Assembly (NCBI GenBank): GCA_964247055.1
Contig: OZ176054.1
Location: 6,634,001-6,667,000 of the forward strand
Length of the DNA: 33,000 nt
Source of the DNA: Paragordius varius
Taxonomy: Eukaryota; Animalia; Nematomorpha
Direction of reading: 5' to 3'
The notes under the pieces are model-generated. The model did not search any database. It worked only from the letters and a program-made list of their open reading frames with translations, and was not told the origin of the DNA. This document shows positions 30,816-33,000 of this stretch, in pieces. The position numbers and the translations under genes are program-made. Positions within the stretch are counted from its first letter, which is position 1. Every line of letters starts with the position of its first letter.

Positions 30816-32714
30816 ATGCCGACAATATCGAACAATTTTTTTTATTTTATATACTTTTCAACCATATTAGTAATACCCAATGTACTCACCTTGAATAATG
30901 GGTTAGCTCTAAAGCCCCCTATGGGTTGGATGTCTTGGGGCTACTTTATGTGTAATATATCTTGCCATTTAAATGATTATGGATCAGAAAAATGTATTAA
31001 GTATATATTTTAAACTTTCAATACAATATTTTGATGTTTTCATTAATTAAATGTTTTATTTACCATAGTGAGAATTTGATTAAACAAACGATTGATCTTT
31101 TGGTCGAGAACGGCTATCAAAAATCTGGATATGAATACGTAATTATTGATGATTGCTGGGCAGAAATAGAAAGAGAACGTGTGTACGATATTAAGACAAG
31201 CCAGTATGTGAATCGCTTGGTAGCAGATCGTAAAAGATTTCCCAATGGAATAAAACATCTGACTAATTATGTAATTATCATTAGATAAGTTGATATAGAT
31301 TGGAAATAATAATATTTTTTGGCATATGAAGTCATTATAAAATGGATAAATTTTTGACATTTAAACTTAATAATTAAAACTTTACATATTATATTTTCTT
31401 TCATTATTGAAATATGAATCATTTCCCGTGGTTTTGATTGGATCAAAAATATCTTTTTTGCCAAGAATATCACAAAAAGATGTGAAAAATATAAACCTAT
31501 ATTTTATCCAAAATTTGGTAAACATTTTAAAGACTTAAGTAGAATTATATAGGATTCGTTTTGCAATATTTTAACTTTCAATATTATTGTATTTTTTCAT
31601 TTGTTTTTTGAGACCAACATAATTTCCTAAATTTTATATTGTAATGAGATATATTTTAGAATTTGGACATTTTTGCATTTTTATGTTTACCAATGATGTA
31701 TATATTTCTTTACAAAAGTGCATTTTTAGTACATTACCTTGTTCTTTAAAATGAACTTAAGTTTTTTAGTTTAGTATTTAAAAATTTTAATAGATATATT
31801 GGTATTTTAGGCGCATGCTAAAAATATGAAACTCGGGATTTACATTGATTTTGGTCGCAAAAGTTGCACAGAGTTTAATCCAGGATCCATCAATGATTTA
31901 GAAACTGATGCCAGAACATTTGCTGAATGGGAAATTGATTATGTCAAAGTTGATGGTTGTTTTTCCGAACCTATGGACATGGATATAGGTTTTTTTAATT
32001 AAAACATTTTAAATTTCAATTCATTATTCTAATTTAAAAATAATAATTTTTATCTTATCATAATTTGACCTTATCATTAATTGATGATATATTAAGGATA
32101 TCCATTGTTTGGTCATTTTTTGAATAAAACTAACAGGCCTATGGTATTCTCTTGCAGTTGGCCATACTACCAACGATATATTGGGATAGAGGTTTGTTAT
32201 CGCAAAATATAAGGGATTACTTTTATGCTAATTAAAATCCAAAAATATTTTTATTAATAACAATAAATTCTTTGGATATTAAAAATATTTTGAAACTTAT
32301 ACCAAATTCAAAAAGCTTATAATAATAAAAATTATTCCTTTTTTGCATGCAAAATATATCATTGTATATGTTTTATAGGAATATTTAGTAAAATCCAAAC
32401 ATATAAACGTTTAAGAGAATAAATATTAAAACCAATATATAATATTATTATATGGTTTTTAGCTTTTGATAATTATATTCCAATGATAATTATAATTATC
32501 TTTATACATTAAGGATTAATTAATTAATTTCTCTGTATCCCTATTTTATCAGCCAGATTACAGGTACATTGCTAAACATTGCAATTTATGGCGCAATTAT
32601 TGGGACATTCGAGATCAATGGAACTTGATTCGCGAAATCATAACGTATTATGCTTATAAACAAGATGTCCTTATACCTAATGCTAAACCAGGCGCATGGA
32701 ATGATCCTGATCAG
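30816..32714 (+). CDS. NAGA: Glycoside hydrolase family 27, alpha-N-acetylgalactosaminidase/alpha-galactosidase; first five exons, continues beyond the window
   Basis: Exons 30816-31000, 31069-31270, 31811-31988, 32097-32191 and 32553-32714, all phase-consistent. After a signal peptide it reads [41 protein letters not shown] (nucleophile Asp), [18 protein letters not shown] (acid/base Asp) and WNDPDQ. Intron positions correspond to those of vertebrate GLA/NAGA. NAGA versus GLA is not certain. Confidence 0.92.
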
Positions 32715-32838
32715 GTCAATAAAAAGATAAAATAGTAGCTAGCCATTGGGGGTATTAGATTCTAACTTAACTCTAGTGGCTTTTGAAAAGTTGGTCAAAT
32801 CTTGCAATTCTCTTCTCACATACTTAGCTAGCTACAGA

Positions 32839-33000
32839 CATGTATCCTTTATTTTATCAAAAATTTATATTTTTTCGTTAAATGGGTATAAATATTTGTT
32901 AAAGAATGGAAAAATGAAGAGCTCTATGGTATTAACAATATCATATTCATTAAAAAAGTATAAGAATTACCATAGAGCTCTTGTTTTTTCCATTCTTTAC
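32839..33000. mobile_element. Palindromic MITE, copy 2 (intronic in the GH27 gene, cut by the window end)
   Basis: Same arms as 13364-13559. The loop is in the opposite orientation, consistent with an inverted insertion of a symmetric element. Confidence 0.7.

Noticed and set aside
31043-31473. Minus-strand ORFs 31043-31360 and 31267-31473
   Set aside because: They are antisense to GH27 exon 2 and AT-rich intron sequence.
9556-32714. All host genes are co-oriented on the + strand (operon or polycistron idea)
   Set aside because: Four genes in one orientation is not improbable, they are separated by kilobases of TEs, and their functions are unrelated.

Overview
This is AT-rich, intron-containing animal genomic DNA; I see no prokaryotic features. 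Four host genes lie on the + strand: (1) the last exon of a Cys-loop/nicotinic acetylcholine receptor subunit (ends at 131); (2) a complete 152-aa nucleoside diphosphate kinase (9556-10058) with two 22-nt introns; (3) a three-thioredoxin-site, KDEL-ending PDIA4/ERp72 gene (~19346-27455, first exon unresolved); (4) the first five exons of a GH27 alpha-N-acetylgalactosaminidase/alpha-galactosidase (30816 to beyond the window end). Most intergenic DNA and several introns are nested, degenerate transposons. These are an inverted pair of Penelope-like 3' ends with a minimal hammerhead-like motif, a 2.9-kb long-TIR Chapaev element inserted into one Penelope arm, a BovB-like RTE LINE, a Buster-type hAT plus many hAT MITEs, a Mos1-like mariner, four TTAA-flanked piggyBac-like MITEs, a palindromic MITE and a 505-bp intronic tandem repeat. 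The most unusual signals are the gene-specific 22-nt introns at ancestral positions, the U3-A8 hammerhead variant, and two splice-site oddities in PDIA4. I found no clear multi-gene novel system. All family assignments come from motif recognition by eye, not from database searches.
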